Shown here in pieces: positions 38,822 to 50,154 of a stretch of DNA of 64,000 bases. The DNA is from Pseudomonadota bacterium. GTDB lineage: Bacteria; Pseudomonadota; Alphaproteobacteria; Paracaedibacterales; CAITNM01. The notes beneath the pieces were generated by a model. The model searched no databases and had not been told where the DNA came from. It saw only the letters and a list, made by a program, of their open reading frames with translations. The DNA lies in the NCBI GenBank assembly GCA_018062345.1, contig JAGOSL010000002.1, positions 130,192 to 194,191 of the forward strand, read 5' to 3'. The stretch's first letter is position 1; the number at the start of each line of letters is the position of its first letter. The translations under genes and the position numbers were made by a program.

Positions 38822-38974
38822 AGGGCTCCTCTTAATGTGTTGAGAACATCTTCAGCGTATTTGCTAAAAAGTTAATGAAAGGTTAACGAAATGCGCTTTG
38901 TTTATTTGATTGTGATCTTGCGGTTTCTTATAAAATTCGTCACATTAATGGACAAAAATAAATAGAGATTATAA

Positions 38975-40075
38975 ATGGGATTTAATTGTGGAATTGTTGG
39001 GTTGCCTAATGTTGGTAAGTCTACGTTATTTAATGCGCTTACAGCAACGGCTGCAGCACAAGCGGCAAACTATCCCTTTTGCACAATTGAGCCTAACGTT
39101 GGTCGCGTAGGTGTTCCTGATGATCGTTTGGAGATTCTAGCAAAGCTTGCTAGTTCGCAAAAAATTATTCCAACGCAACTCGAATTTGTTGATATTGCAG
39201 GTCTTGTGCGTGGAGCTAGTAAAGGTGAAGGGCTTGGCAATCAGTTCTTAGGACATATTAGAAGTGTTGATGCTATTTTGCATGTGTTGCGCTGTTTTGA
39301 GGATGACGATATTACTCATGTAGATGGATCAGTGGATCCAATTCGCGATCTTACAACTATTGAGACGGAATTGCTTTTGGCTGACCTTGAATCACTAGAA
39401 AAGCGAATTCCTAATTTGGAAAAACGTGCTCGAGGTAATGATAAGGAGGCAAAAGAAAGCCTTGAAGTGATTCAAAAAGTATTGCCCCTTTTACAAGAAG
39501 GTAAGCCTGCAAAAATAGCAAAAATAGATGCTGCTGAGAAAAGCACTTTTGAGCAGTTGCAATTGCTTACTTCAAAGCCAATTCTTTATGTGTGTAATGT
39601 TTCTGAGCAAGAGGCAGCAACAGGAAATGATTTTACAGAAAAAGTTATTGCTTATGCGAGAAGCCGAGGAGATTCAGCTGTTATTATTTCTGCAGCAATT
39701 GAGGCTGAAGTTTCAAGTTTGAATGATCCTGCAGAGCAGCAAGAGTTTTTACAGGCTTTGGGGCTGAAAGAAACGGGTTTGCGTCAGGTTATTAAGGCAG
39801 GGTACGGATTGCTTGATTTACTAACATTTTTTACTATCGGTCCAAAAGAGGCGCGTGCATGGACGGTGCATCAAGGCGCTAAAGCGCCTCAGGCCGCAGG
39901 AGCCATTCACACAGATTTTGAGCGCGGGTTCATATGTGCGGAAACTATTGCTTACAAAGACTACATCGATGCTCAAGGAGAGCAAGGAGCTAAAAACTCA
40001 GGGAAGCTTCGTCAAGAAGGCAGAGATTATCTTGTAAGTGATGGGGATATTTTTCATTTTAGGTTTAATGTATAG
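38975..40075 (+). CDS. ychF: redox-regulated ATPase YchF
   Basis: GIVGLPNVGKSTLFNA, DIAGLV.GAS.GEGLGN, C-terminal TGS-like domain. 366 aa. Confidence 0.93.
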   Translation: MGFNCGIVGLPNVGKSTLFNALTATAAAQAANYPFCTIEPNVGRVGVPDDRLEILAKLASSQKIIPTQLEFVDIAGLVRGASKGEGLGNQFLGHIRSVDAILHVLRCFEDDDITHVDGSVDPIRDLTTIETELLLADLESLEKRIPNLEKRARGNDKEAKESLEVIQKVLPLLQEGKPAKIAKIDAAEKSTFEQLQLLTSKPILYVCNVSEQEAATGNDFTEKVIAYARSRGDSAVIISAAIEAEVSSLNDPAEQQEFLQALGLKETGLRQVIKAGYGLLDLLTFFTIGPKEARAWTVHQGAKAPQAAGAIHTDFERGFICAETIAYKDYIDAQGEQGAKNSGKLRQEGRDYLVSDGDIFHFRFNV

Positions 40076-40220
40076 ATACTCTTATTAGAGTGAAATTTTT
40101 AAGGATATTTATCATATCAAATATTGATTTATGCATTATGATTTCGTTTTGTTCTTGAACTTTCTAAAAAACACGGCTAAATCTTAACCACAATTAACAT
40201 ATTAACTCAGTGAAGGTTTC

Positions 40221-40457
40221 ATGTCTGATATTACCGCGCGCGTAAAGCAAATTGTGGTTGAGCATCTTGGTGTAGATGCATCTAAAGTTGTTGATGGAGC
40301 AAATTTTGTTGATGATCTTGGCGCAGATAGTCTTGATCAAGTTGAGCTTGTAATGAAGTTCGAAGAAGAGTTTAAATGCGAAATTCCTGATGATGCCGCT
40401 CAAACACTAACAACTGTTGGTAAGGCTATTGAGTTTCTTCAGGAAAAAACTAATTAA
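40221..40457 (+). CDS. acpP: acyl carrier protein
   Basis: DLGADSLD phosphopantetheine site. 78 aa. Confidence 0.95.
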   Translation: MSDITARVKQIVVEHLGVDASKVVDGANFVDDLGADSLDQVELVMKFEEEFKCEIPDDAAQTLTTVGKAIEFLQEKTN

Positions 40458-40462
40458 CAACG

Positions 40463-41737
40463 ATGAGAAGAGTCGTTGTTACTGGTGTTGGCGCAGTTAC
40501 GCCATTAGCTAATGGTGCTGTGTCAACATGGGAAAAGTTGATTGCTGGCCAGTCAGGTATTACCAATATTGATGCGTTTGATGTATCGGATCTTTCGGCA
40601 AAAATTGCTGGAAGTGTTCCGTTACAATCAAGCGACGGACCTCAGCAATCAGATCTTTTCAATGCTTCCGACTATTTAGAGCCAAAAGAGCAACGAAAAA
40701 TTGACCGATTTATTCTTTATGCTATAGCAGCAGCAGAGGAGGCGGTTAAGGATTCTGGCTGGAAACCAGCTAGTGCTGAGGAAAAAGAGCGCACCGGCGT
40801 CACGATTGGCTCAGGAATCGGTGGTCTTCCGTGGATTTACGATACATCTGTTACCCTGCTTCAACAGGGAGCAAGACGTGTAAGTCCGTTCTTTATTCCA
40901 GCAAGTCTTATTAATTTAGCCTCTGGGCAAGTTTCTATTCGCCATGGATTTCAAGGGCCAAATCATGCTGTTGTTACGGCTTGTGCAACAGGAGCGCATT
41001 CTATTGGTGATGCAGCACGCATGATTATGCTTGATGATGCTGACGTTATGGTGGCGGGTGGCGCAGAAGCTGCTGTTTGCCGTGCTGGAGTTGCTGGATT
41101 CGCAGCATCGCGTGCCCTTTCAACGTCTTTCAATGATATGCCTACTAAGGCTTCTCGCCCTTGGGACAGAAACCGCGATGGATTTGTTATGGGTGAAGGC
41201 GCAGGGGTTGTTGTTTTAGAGGAATATGAGCACGCAAAGAAGCGTGGAGCTAAAATTTACGCTGAAATTCTTGGTTACGGTATGTCTGGTGATGCTCACC
41301 ATATAACTTCACCTGCTGAAGATGGTGGTGGAGCTTTTCGTGCTATGCGAGCTGCGTTGAAGAATTCTGGGCTTTCTTTGGAAGATATTGGTTACATTAA
41401 TGCTCACGGAACGTCGACGCCTGCGGGTGATGTTATTGAAGTTAAAGCAATGAAGCGTTTGTTCGGTGATTACTGTTATAAACTTGCCGTTTCATCTACA
41501 AAATCAGCTATAGGTCATCTTTTGGGCGCTGCCGGTGCTGTAGAGTCTATATTTTCGATTTTTGCGATGCAGCACGGAATTGTGCCCCCAACATTAAATC
41601 TTGATGAACCATCTGAAGGATGTGATCTTAATTTTGTGCCGCACAAAGCCCAAGAGAAGAAGCTTAATTATGTTATGTCAAACTCTTTCGGGTTTGGCGG
41701 AACAAATGCATCCCTAATTTTTGGAAAAGCTCCTTAA
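40463..41737 (+). CDS. fabF: 3-oxoacyl-ACP synthase II
   Basis: Active-site ACATG, HGTSTP, GHLLGAAG, SNSFGFGG. Confidence 0.93.
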   Translation: MRRVVVTGVGAVTPLANGAVSTWEKLIAGQSGITNIDAFDVSDLSAKIAGSVPLQSSDGPQQSDLFNASDYLEPKEQRKIDRFILYAIAAAEEAVKDSGWKPASAEEKERTGVTIGSGIGGLPWIYDTSVTLLQQGARRVSPFFIPASLINLASGQVSIRHGFQGPNHAVVTACATGAHSIGDAARMIMLDDADVMVAGGAEAAVCRAGVAGFAASRALSTSFNDMPTKASRPWDRNRDGFVMGEGAGVVVLEEYEHAKKRGAKIYAEILGYGMSGDAHHITSPAEDGGGAFRAMRAALKNSGLSLEDIGYINAHGTSTPAGDVIEVKAMKRLFGDYCYKLAVSSTKSAIGHLLGAAGAVESIFSIFAMQHGIVPPTLNLDEPSEGCDLNFVPHKAQEKKLNYVMSNSFGFGGTNASLIFGKAP

Positions 41738-41738
41738 C

Positions 41739-42224
41739 TTATGCAGTAGGTGCTGCATTGCGAACAATGTCAGTATTTGGATTTGGGTTGGAAACTTTTA
41801 AATCCAAGTCAGCTTTTAGCAAAGATTCATCATTATTGGGAGTTTGATCTGCAATAGGTCCATATTGTAAATCTTCTATTGATTCCTGCTTTTGAAGCTC
41901 TTCTCGAGCTCCTGGAATGCTTGCTGCTTCTAGAATTGCACTATCTTTATTTTTTAATGCTTCTTGAGGGTCAATCGCAGGATTTTTTAATATTTCTGTT
42001 TTAGCAGAAGGTATGACCGGAGAAATTTCTGCATGCTTTAATATTTCACCATCCTTATCCTTCTCTTCGGAAGGCATTTGCTGGGCGTGAGGAGCAACTA
42101 ATGACGCAGCCCATCTAGCTAAAAAACCATCTGAAGTATCACTAACGGCGCGCAATGCAAATGTTAGAAAAGAAAAAATGCAAATGTAAAATAATACTTT
42201 CATTACTGCCTCAAATTTATTCAT
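41739..42224 (-). CDS. hypothetical membrane-anchored protein
   Basis: N-terminal TM (VLFYICIFSFLTFAL) followed by an acidic/Pro-rich low-complexity region. No domain recognised. Confidence 0.35.
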   Translation of the reverse strand: MNKFEAVMKVLFYICIFSFLTFALRAVSDTSDGFLARWAASLVAPHAQQMPSEEKDKDGEILKHAEISPVIPSAKTEILKNPAIDPQEALKNKDSAILEAASIPGAREELQKQESIEDLQYGPIADQTPNNDESLLKADLDLKVSNPNPNTDIVRNAAPTA

Positions 42225-42443
42225 TAAATTTATTCATTGTTTTACAGATTACGCAAAAAATATTAAGATTTTATTAATGAGGATTTGGTGGTTTATTTAT
42301 ATAAAGCAATTATAACCACTAATTTTATTAGGTGATTTTTGCATGGCCACTACGGGTGTATGTAAACTCATTAAAAGAAGTATTTTCTGCAGAGCGTTAA
42401 AAAGCTATTCTTGCTAAGATGGTAGATGGGGATTTTGAAGAAG

Positions 42444-43541
42444 CTACGACGACTTTAACTGAGCCTTCGGCTTTATCCAACCAGTTGGAAGATCACGGTT
42501 GATATTAACACTAAGTTGACTACTTAAAATGTCATCAATAGGATCTTTTAAGGTTACTGGGATTTGAGAAATTTTTATTTCTTTTTGTGTTGTTCTGGCT
42601 TTTGATTTTTTTAATTTTTTCTTATTCTTTGGTTTAAAAACAGGCTCTTGTGACTGTTCTTGTTCATTCTTTTCTATGATAGTGTCAATTGCATCTGGAG
42701 TTGCAGCAACGGTTTGCATTCTAGGTAGAGCGTTAAGTTTTCTAAAGGCATTTTCCATAAGTTCTGCAGCTTTTTTATCGCGTGAAAATGAGGTTTGTCC
42801 TCCAAGTACAACGCCAAACACACGAATAGGTTGGCCATTTGGGCCAATGCGTTGAGCTGAGACACTTATATTAAAGCGTGAAGCAAAGGTAAACCCAGTT
42901 TTAATGCCATCCATACCTGTGAACGAATTCAGCATACGGTTATGATTGCGTATAGGTTTACCGTGAAAATGGAAAGTCTTTGTTTTGAAATATGCATATT
43001 CTTTTGGAAAATTCTTATGAAGGGCTCGAGCAAGAATCATCATATCTTTTGCTGTTGTTATCTGTCTTCTATCTGGTAAGCCAGTTGGATTATAAAATTT
43101 TGTGCGAACCATTCCTAATTCCTTTGCTTTTTTATTCATCAGAGTGACGAAATTTTCAACACTACCACAAAGTCCTTCAGCTGCTGCAATAGACACGTCA
43201 TTTGCAGATCTGGTAACCAAGGCATAAATAATATCTTTTACACTGATCGTATCGCCAATTTTTAACCATAGATTACAAGGTTCCTGAATTGTTGCCCGTT
43301 TTGAAATGGAAAATCTTGTTTTCAGTGTTATTTTTCCGTTTTGAAGAGCTTCAAAAATTAAATACAAAGTCATTTTCTTTGTAAGTGATGCAGGTGGGCG
43401 AATTTCATCGGCCCGATGACTTGCCATTACTTTTCCAGATTGCCCATCAACTATGATATAGGCAAAATTATTCGCATGTGTGATTGAGGGGAATAAAAAA
43501 ACAAATAAAAACAAAAAAATAAAATTAAAAATCTTTATCAC
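42444..43541 (-). CDS. D-alanyl-D-alanine carboxypeptidase (PBP5/6 class)
   Basis: SxxK (ASLTKKMT), SxN (SAND), KTG (IKTGFT). Lys-rich C-terminal tail. Confidence 0.85.
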   Translation of the reverse strand: MIKIFNFIFLFLFVFLFPSITHANNFAYIIVDGQSGKVMASHRADEIRPPASLTKKMTLYLIFEALQNGKITLKTRFSISKRATIQEPCNLWLKIGDTISVKDIIYALVTRSANDVSIAAAEGLCGSVENFVTLMNKKAKELGMVRTKFYNPTGLPDRRQITTAKDMMILARALHKNFPKEYAYFKTKTFHFHGKPIRNHNRMLNSFTGMDGIKTGFTFASRFNISVSAQRIGPNGQPIRVFGVVLGGQTSFSRDKKAAELMENAFRKLNALPRMQTVAATPDAIDTIIEKNEQEQSQEPVFKPKNKKKLKKSKARTTQKEIKISQIPVTLKDPIDDILSSQLSVNINRDLPTGWIKPKAQLKSS

Positions 43542-43625
43542 TTATTTGCTCGCAACTAACTTGGCTATTAGGATACCAAAAAAATCAACTAATCAAAAGA
43601 CACGATAGCAAAAAATCTGTCAAAA

Positions 43626-46220
43626 TTACTTGGTAAATAAATGTATTTTTTCAGAAGTTTGTTTTGAGTTCCTGTTTTGGCTCTTGCTTGTGTGTTTTTT
43701 TAAATCATATAAAACTTGCAGTGCTTGGCGTGGAGACAAATCGTCTGGTTTGATGCTGTGTAAGAATTTTAGGGTGTTTTTTTCTTCGACAGAGATTGAA
43801 GATGGCTCTGGTGAAGCATGAGAGGTGAGCGGGGCAGAGGTTTTCTTTAAAAATTCTTGAGCACGGGTAATCACTATTTGGGGAAGGCCAGCTAATTCGG
43901 CCACATGAATTCCATACGACTTATCAGCACTACCTTCAATGACTTCATGGAGAAAAATAACTTTTCCATCATGCTCAACAATCTTCATGGTTAAAAGTCT
44001 GATCGGGTGATTTTTTGCCAAATCAACCAATTCGTGATAATGGGTTGCAAATATGCAGCGTGACTTGATAGTGTTAATTAGATATTCGCTAACCGCATTT
44101 GCTATTGCTAAGCCATCTTGAGTGGATGTGCCACGGCCAATTTCGTCAAGAATAACAAATGAACGATTTGTTGCCTGATGTAGGATGCTTGCGGTTTCGA
44201 CCATTTCAACCATGAAGGTAGAGCGTCCTGCCGCTAAATCATCAGCGGCCCCTATGCGTGAGAATAGCTGATCTATCCAGCCTATTTCAGCGCGTGCTGC
44301 TGGAACAAAAAGACCGCAATGAGCCATCCATATGATTAGTGCATTTTGCCTGAGATATGTGCTTTTACCTGCCATATTTGGTCCGGTTAAAAGAGCAAAT
44401 GGCTGATCAGAAAGATTGCAACTGTTGGCCGTAAAAGTATTGGAAACGAATGTTTCTATTATCGGATGACGACCAGCTGCAATGTCAAGAATTTCATTGT
44501 CTTTTAATATTGGGCGGGTGAAATTTCTACTAATAGCTAATTCTGCCATACTGGACATGACATCAATTTCAGCCATTAATGAAGCAAGTTTTTCTAGCTG
44601 GTTTTTATGATTTAGAATTTGCGCACTTAATTCTTTAAAAATTTTTATTTCCTGGGCAATCGCTGAAGTTGATGCGTGTTCAAGTTTTGATGCTAATTCT
44701 TGTAGCTCACTAGTGATGTATCTGGCGCCATTGCTGATTGCTTGGCGATGAAAGAAAGTTGATGGAATTTTATTTAAATGATTGGCTCCAACTTCAATAT
44801 AGTAGCCGACAAGATTGTTGGTTTTTATTTTTAAATTTGAAATGTTTGTCTCTTCTTGATAGCGCAATTCTAGTGATTTTAACTGTTGACTGCCATGATC
44901 TCGTAAGTGCCGAAGCTCATCTAAGATAGGGTCTATGTTGGCTTTTATGAGTCCGCCGTCATGCAAGGCAGCAGGTAAATGATCTTCTAGGGTTTGTTCT
45001 AGGGTATCGAGTAACTCGAAAGGAATATCGAAGGTCCAAAATGATTGTTTTGCAAGTATTGGTTTTATGTTTTTAGCAACCGACAACATTTGAGAGATTG
45101 CTTTTAAGTCACGCGGTAAGGCTCGTTCCAGAACAATACGCACCAATGAGCGTTCACTATCAGGGCAATTAATTAATGATTTTCGTACAGATGCGCGTTC
45201 ACAGCTATTTGTGATAAACCAATCAATATTGTTTAAGCGCTGATTCAAAATGGTTAGATCATTTGTTGGATGTGTCAGCAGTTCGAAAAAAAGTCTTCCG
45301 CCAATAGCTGTTTGTGTATTATCTAACGCGTGCAAAAGGGATCCCTGGAAAGTGCCTTTTAGCGTACGGGTGATTTCAAGATTTTGGCAAGATTGGGCGT
45401 CAACTTTAACAAACTTAGTTGTGCTAATAAGTTTAGGAGAATGCAGGTGTTGATAATGTTTTTGCTGAGTTAAGTGGACATAGTCGCACAAAATACCAGC
45501 TGCTTGAATCAATCGAGGTTCGCGCAAGCCAAAAATTTCGGAGCTAATTGTGCTGAAAGTTTCCCGTAATTTTTTTTCTGCATTATTGAAATTAAAGCGA
45601 ATGTCTGCAAGTGGTTGAATAATTTTTTTAAATTCTCTGAATGCATCTAAATTAAGTGATTGCCATATACTTTCAGGCATTAATATTTCAGCAGGATCTA
45701 ATTGATAAAGACTGCTAGCTAAAGATTCCATCTCTAAATCTGCTACAAAAAAAGTGCCGGTTGATATGTCTGCCCAGGCCATACCAGCGCGTTGCGTCTT
45801 TTTATCGATTGGGCTGATTGCCACTAAATAATTTGCTTTTTTGGGGGCGAGTAAATTTTCTTCAGTTAGAGTGCCTGGCGTGATGATGCGCACAACGCCA
45901 CGTTCTAGGGGGCCTTTTTTACCTTTTTCTTTTGCTTGTTCTGGGGTTTCAATCTGTTCGCAAACTGCAACGCGAAATCCTTTTTCAATAAGTTTGGACA
46001 GATACATTTCATGAGAATGTACAGGAACTCCTGCCATGGGGATTGGTTGTCCCGCGTTTTGTCCTCGCTTTGTTAATGTAATATCCAAAGCTGTAGATGC
46101 TTTGATGGCATCTTCAAAAAAAAGTTCATAGAAATCACCCATGCGATAAAATATTAAGCAGTCACTGTGTTGCTGCTTAATTTTATTGTATTGCGCCATC
46201 ATGGGGGTTTGAAGTGCCAT
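43626..46220 (-). CDS. mutS: DNA mismatch repair protein MutS
   Basis: N-terminal TPMMAQY..IK, Walker [25 protein letters not shown]. 864 aa. Confidence 0.95.
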   Translation of the reverse strand: MALQTPMMAQYNKIKQQHSDCLIFYRMGDFYELFFEDAIKASTALDITLTKRGQNAGQPIPMAGVPVHSHEMYLSKLIEKGFRVAVCEQIETPEQAKEKGKKGPLERGVVRIITPGTLTEENLLAPKKANYLVAISPIDKKTQRAGMAWADISTGTFFVADLEMESLASSLYQLDPAEILMPESIWQSLNLDAFREFKKIIQPLADIRFNFNNAEKKLRETFSTISSEIFGLREPRLIQAAGILCDYVHLTQQKHYQHLHSPKLISTTKFVKVDAQSCQNLEITRTLKGTFQGSLLHALDNTQTAIGGRLFFELLTHPTNDLTILNQRLNNIDWFITNSCERASVRKSLINCPDSERSLVRIVLERALPRDLKAISQMLSVAKNIKPILAKQSFWTFDIPFELLDTLEQTLEDHLPAALHDGGLIKANIDPILDELRHLRDHGSQQLKSLELRYQEETNISNLKIKTNNLVGYYIEVGANHLNKIPSTFFHRQAISNGARYITSELQELASKLEHASTSAIAQEIKIFKELSAQILNHKNQLEKLASLMAEIDVMSSMAELAISRNFTRPILKDNEILDIAAGRHPIIETFVSNTFTANSCNLSDQPFALLTGPNMAGKSTYLRQNALIIWMAHCGLFVPAARAEIGWIDQLFSRIGAADDLAAGRSTFMVEMVETASILHQATNRSFVILDEIGRGTSTQDGLAIANAVSEYLINTIKSRCIFATHYHELVDLAKNHPIRLLTMKIVEHDGKVIFLHEVIEGSADKSYGIHVAELAGLPQIVITRAQEFLKKTSAPLTSHASPEPSSISVEEKNTLKFLHSIKPDDLSPRQALQVLYDLKKHTSKSQNRNSKQTSEKIHLFTK

Positions 46221-46481
46221 AACTTTTAAAGAATAAGTTCTGCACTTCTTATAGCAAACTTTTCAGAAAATGTCCTGAGAACTTGTTTTTATGAAAAGAA
46301 ATAGGGAAGAAGCGAAACACATAAAAATTACCTAAATTTTTAATCAAATTAACTGTTTATTTACCGTTAATAACTAACCTTAGCAGTAGGAGGTTCGTCC
46401 TTCCAATAGTAATAGGAGATTAGTGCATGCCAATCAAAATTATATTGACGTACTTTATCTCTCAGCTTTAGGGGAATTGTT

Positions 46482-48119
46482 ATGGTTAATTTAAGGGGAT
46501 TATTTTTACAATCTATAATCTGCAGATTTTGTTTGGCTTGGGTGTTTGCTTATTTTTTCCATGATGCATTCTCTGCTACGAAAACTATGAATGTCGGGGT
46601 ATCTATTGGTGAAGTGTCTGAGTTGGGAGATGTTCTTAAAGATGGCTCTGGAATTAATAAAATTGGAAAAGGTCTGTTAGTTTTTCCGGCTGGGCAAAGT
46701 GATGCTGGCCCAATATCTGTTTTAGAAGGTGGTTTGGTTAGCAATGGCCCTGTAAATACTGATTTAATAGTGGAGTCTGGTGCCACCTATAGAAGTTCGG
46801 TATCAGCTGGCACTATAACTAATAGAGGCAATGTAGAAACAGGTCTTGTAACTGATGATTTTGCTAGTTGTTTAGCGCTTACAAATTTTATACAAGATGC
46901 ACTTAGTGCTTCTTTCTCGGTTAAAATTTTTCCTGATGGCACCTGTGATTACCTAAAGGTAAACACAGCAAATTTGACGGGACAACTGCGTATTTATGTG
47001 GCAGCTGGAAGTTATCCTTCATCTGGACGAACTTATCCCGTTATTAGAGCGGATACGTCAGTTAGTGGTGCCTTTCTTTCATTAGTGAATGAGAGCGCAG
47101 CAGATGTAGCTTTGTCTTCTCATGTAGATGCTACAACTTTTAACTTAATTGTAAAAGGAAATGTGCCATATGTGATTCCAACGAGCACAGCTTATGAATG
47201 CGGAATACGATTAAATGTAAATCAGCGACGCGATACTATTAAGATTGGTGGTACGGGTGGATTTAACGGATTTGTGACTCCTGAGGATTGGTGTGAGGTT
47301 CTTTTCATAAACTTTGTGCAAACAGGATCGGCTGTTGAGCAGAATACAATCCTTACTAATGCTTATACAGGAATCGGTGATGTTCCTGAGTTACCTGAGC
47401 ATGTTCAGGAAGTTTGGATTACTGGAGATCCAACGGGATACGACGTTCTTGTTGCAGGTGGTGCTCAATATGCATTACCACTTCCAGGTCCTCACACAAG
47501 AATTCGTTTTGCTTTGAGCAGATCTCCGGCTACTGACCCACTAACTTGGTTCCAAGGGGCTCTTCCTGTAGGGTGTACGTTAGTTGTTGAGCCTGGTTCG
47601 GCTGATCCATTTATTAAGAGTGTATTACCATTGAGGGGAGGAAATATGATAATTGGTTCAAATGTTAAGTTTGGAGTAGGGGTTGCAGCCTTACTTGCTT
47701 CTTCTGAACACTGTCCAATTCAAAGGTATCCAGTAGAAACAACTGCTGACTTAATTAACCCACCAATTATTACAATAACAGAACCTACAGCATTCCAATG
47801 GGGTATATATGGATTAAGTATCAGAGGTGAATTCCCTGTGACATTTAGTAATGGACGTGGTGGACATTGCCGGGACGGTATGAGCCCTAATTTGTTTAAT
47901 CCTGATTCGACTGGTGCACTTTACAATATTGAGCCTGGATGCTTATTAACGATTTATCGTAGTCCTGAATATGTATTGCCAGAAATTGATGGTTGTTTGG
48001 TTGAAGGCGGAGCTTCTCGTATTAATATCTCAACTAATTTGAGCGAGGCTATAAAGGCTTACCCTGAAATTGTGCCGCCACTAAATCAGTGGATTGATAT
48101 GTTAGGTAATACTAAATAA
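46482..48119 (+). CDS. hypothetical secreted protein with an autotransporter-passenger-like N-terminal module and no beta-barrel
   Basis: Signal-like N-terminus. GSGINKIGKGLLVF...GGLVSNG...GTITNRGNVETG...DYLKVNTANLTGQLRIYVAAGSYPSSGRTYPVIRADTSVSGAFLSL mimics the repeat and 'junction' pattern of autotransporter passengers. The C-terminus lacks barrel features. Confidence 0.5.
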   Translation: MVNLRGLFLQSIICRFCLAWVFAYFFHDAFSATKTMNVGVSIGEVSELGDVLKDGSGINKIGKGLLVFPAGQSDAGPISVLEGGLVSNGPVNTDLIVESGATYRSSVSAGTITNRGNVETGLVTDDFASCLALTNFIQDALSASFSVKIFPDGTCDYLKVNTANLTGQLRIYVAAGSYPSSGRTYPVIRADTSVSGAFLSLVNESAADVALSSHVDATTFNLIVKGNVPYVIPTSTAYECGIRLNVNQRRDTIKIGGTGGFNGFVTPEDWCEVLFINFVQTGSAVEQNTILTNAYTGIGDVPELPEHVQEVWITGDPTGYDVLVAGGAQYALPLPGPHTRIRFALSRSPATDPLTWFQGALPVGCTLVVEPGSADPFIKSVLPLRGGNMIIGSNVKFGVGVAALLASSEHCPIQRYPVETTADLINPPIITITEPTAFQWGIYGLSIRGEFPVTFSNGRGGHCRDGMSPNLFNPDSTGALYNIEPGCLLTIYRSPEYVLPEIDGCLVEGGASRINISTNLSEAIKAYPEIVPPLNQWIDMLGNTK

Positions 48120-48130
48120 TCTAGCAAATT

Positions 48131-49255
48131 TTAAAGTTTGGGCCCCTCAATTAATTTTTCTGATTGAGGGGTTTTCAAAAGAAAGTTTAATGCTTTTTGT
48201 ATATAGATATCGAGGTTTTTGCTTTTTGAAATTTCTGATTTTTCAATTTTGATGTCTGGTTTTACACCTTCGTTACCAATTCTTTTTCCTAACGGATCAT
48301 TTAGAAAAGCAATTGTGAGAATTAGGCCATCTTCTCGATTTTGATACTGAAATACTCTTTTTGCAGTGGCGCTACCTGATGAGTTTTCGCCAATAAGTAT
48401 TGCGCGTTTATGCGCTTTTAAAGCAGATGCAATAACTTCTGCAGCTGAGCTTGAGTTTTTGTTTTGCAGTACTACTATTGGGAGATTCTTTAAAATATCA
48501 GGGCCTGTTGAACAGAATTTTGAGAAAGCTTTCTTTTTTTGCATTTCTACAACAACATGACCATCTAAAAATTGGCTTGCAATACCTATTGCTGCTTCAA
48601 AACTACCTCCTGGACAATCACGCAAATCAAGAATTAATCCTGATAACTGCTGATGAGTGGTGATTGTTTCTAGGTAATTATGCACTTCATTTGCTGCATT
48701 TTTGTTTATACACCCAAATTTTAAGCAGGCGATATTTCCAAACCAGTTTAGTTCAGCTGATGGGATTATGAATGGTCCTGGGGTTATTTCTTTTATAAGA
48801 GGTTTATTTCTTCTTAACAGAGTTACTTTGCAAGGATTTGCTCCTTTAATGAGTTTTAAAAAGTCATATAAAATGATTTCTTTTAAAACTGTCCCGTTAA
48901 ATTCAATCAAAATATCATTTTCTTTAAAATTCGCAATATAAGCAGCAGATTCTTTGTAAACTTTTTTGACAAGCAATCCATCTTGATGCTTTGCTAGAAT
49001 CATTCCTAGCTTTAATTCTCCACCATCAACATTTTCTTTCAGGGATTTTGTGTCTTCTTTACTTAAGTAATTACCATGGATATCAGCACCTTGGATTAAT
49101 CCTTGAAGCATTTCTTGACGAAGTTTTTCTAGAGATGGTTTTTCGGGATAAAATTCTTTAATGATTTCTAGCGTTTCGTCTAGGCTATCGTGTAATTCTT
49201 GATAGGGGTTTGAGCATCCCATAAGCAAAAAAAGTGATAAGAAATACCGATTCAT
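48131..49255 (-). CDS. ctpA: C-terminal processing peptidase (S41)
   Basis: PDZ region, LILDLRDCPGGSFEAA, and VVLQNKNSSSAAEVIASALK...IGENSSG (Ser/Lys dyad context). Confidence 0.85.
   Translation of the reverse strand: MNRYFLSLFLLMGCSNPYQELHDSLDETLEIIKEFYPEKPSLEKLRQEMLQGLIQGADIHGNYLSKEDTKSLKENVDGGELKLGMILAKHQDGLLVKKVYKESAAYIANFKENDILIEFNGTVLKEIILYDFLKLIKGANPCKVTLLRRNKPLIKEITPGPFIIPSAELNWFGNIACLKFGCINKNAANEVHNYLETITTHQQLSGLILDLRDCPGGSFEAAIGIASQFLDGHVVVEMQKKKAFSKFCSTGPDILKNLPIVVLQNKNSSSAAEVIASALKAHKRAILIGENSSGSATAKRVFQYQNREDGLILTIAFLNDPLGKRIGNEGVKPDIKIEKSEISKSKNLDIYIQKALNFLLKTPQSEKLIEGPKL
48143..48175 (+). terminator. putative terminator of the 46482..48119 gene, embedded in the 3' end of ctpA
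   Basis: CCCCTCAA-ttaatttttctga-TTGAGGGG followed by TTTT. Confidence 0.45.
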
Positions 49256-50154
49256 AATTGTGTAATCTTGTGGTAGGGATCTGGATCTAGCATCACATCA
49301 TCTCGCCAAAGTTGTAATTCAACTACGCTTGGATTTTTATCGGCACAAAAGCCAAGCGGATCTCCTTGTTTTAATTTGTCTCCTTTGTCGACGCAACACT
49401 GATTGATTCCCGTGATAACATAGGTGAAATGAGCTTGCCTGATGAATACAGCTATAGAGCCTTCAAAATGATTTATTGCCGCCACAGTGCCAGAATCTGG
49501 GCAAAGAATAATGCCTCCTTCTAAAGGAATCCATGTGGTTTTTGTTGATGAGTCTCTAATGCCTGCAACTGGTGCAATCCAATTTAATAGATTGTTTGAT
49601 TTATTAATTTTGAGCGTAGGAAATTTTCTAATAAAATCTCTAATTGAACTAATTTCTGCGATTTTTGACTTATCTGTCCAATATTTTATTTTTTGATTTT
49701 GTTTTAGTTCTTCAAATAGTTTTGCATACATGAAATTTAGAGATTCTAATTCTTTGATAAGCTTTTGATTTTTTTCAAATTCTACATTCCCATATTTTTT
49801 TTGATAGTCTCTTACGTATTTTTGGTACAAGGGTATGAGTTCTTTTGTTTTTAAAGTGAGAAAGGTTTTTTTTCTTACGTAGTTATGCACTGCTCTTTCT
49901 GTTGGGAGTAAGGCTGTGCCAAAACCAAGTTGATAGCGCTTTTGTGCAAAATAAATAGCCCCTAATTGTTGTTGGATATTAAAAAATTCTTGATTGCTGT
50001 GTAATTTGTCATTGTGTAGCCGAGTACATTGATTATAGAAGAATGCTAGTTGTTGTTGAATTTGATACCATTTTTGTGCTTGTTCACGAATTTCATTGTA
50101 AGTTTCTGCGTGAAGACCAGAAAAACAGAAAAATAAAACGACAATATTTAGCAC
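49252..50154 (-). CDS. EnvC-like murein hydrolase activator (coiled coil plus degenerate LytM/M23 domain)
   Basis: N-terminal coiled coil. The C-terminal M23-like fold (KGDKLKQGDPLGF...VELQLW) lacks the H-x-H catalytic histidines. Conserved gpmI-envC-ctpA order. Confidence 0.6.
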   Translation of the reverse strand: MLNIVVLFFCFSGLHAETYNEIREQAQKWYQIQQQLAFFYNQCTRLHNDKLHSNQEFFNIQQQLGAIYFAQKRYQLGFGTALLPTERAVHNYVRKKTFLTLKTKELIPLYQKYVRDYQKKYGNVEFEKNQKLIKELESLNFMYAKLFEELKQNQKIKYWTDKSKIAEISSIRDFIRKFPTLKINKSNNLLNWIAPVAGIRDSSTKTTWIPLEGGIILCPDSGTVAAINHFEGSIAVFIRQAHFTYVITGINQCCVDKGDKLKQGDPLGFCADKNPSVVELQLWRDDVMLDPDPYHKITQL

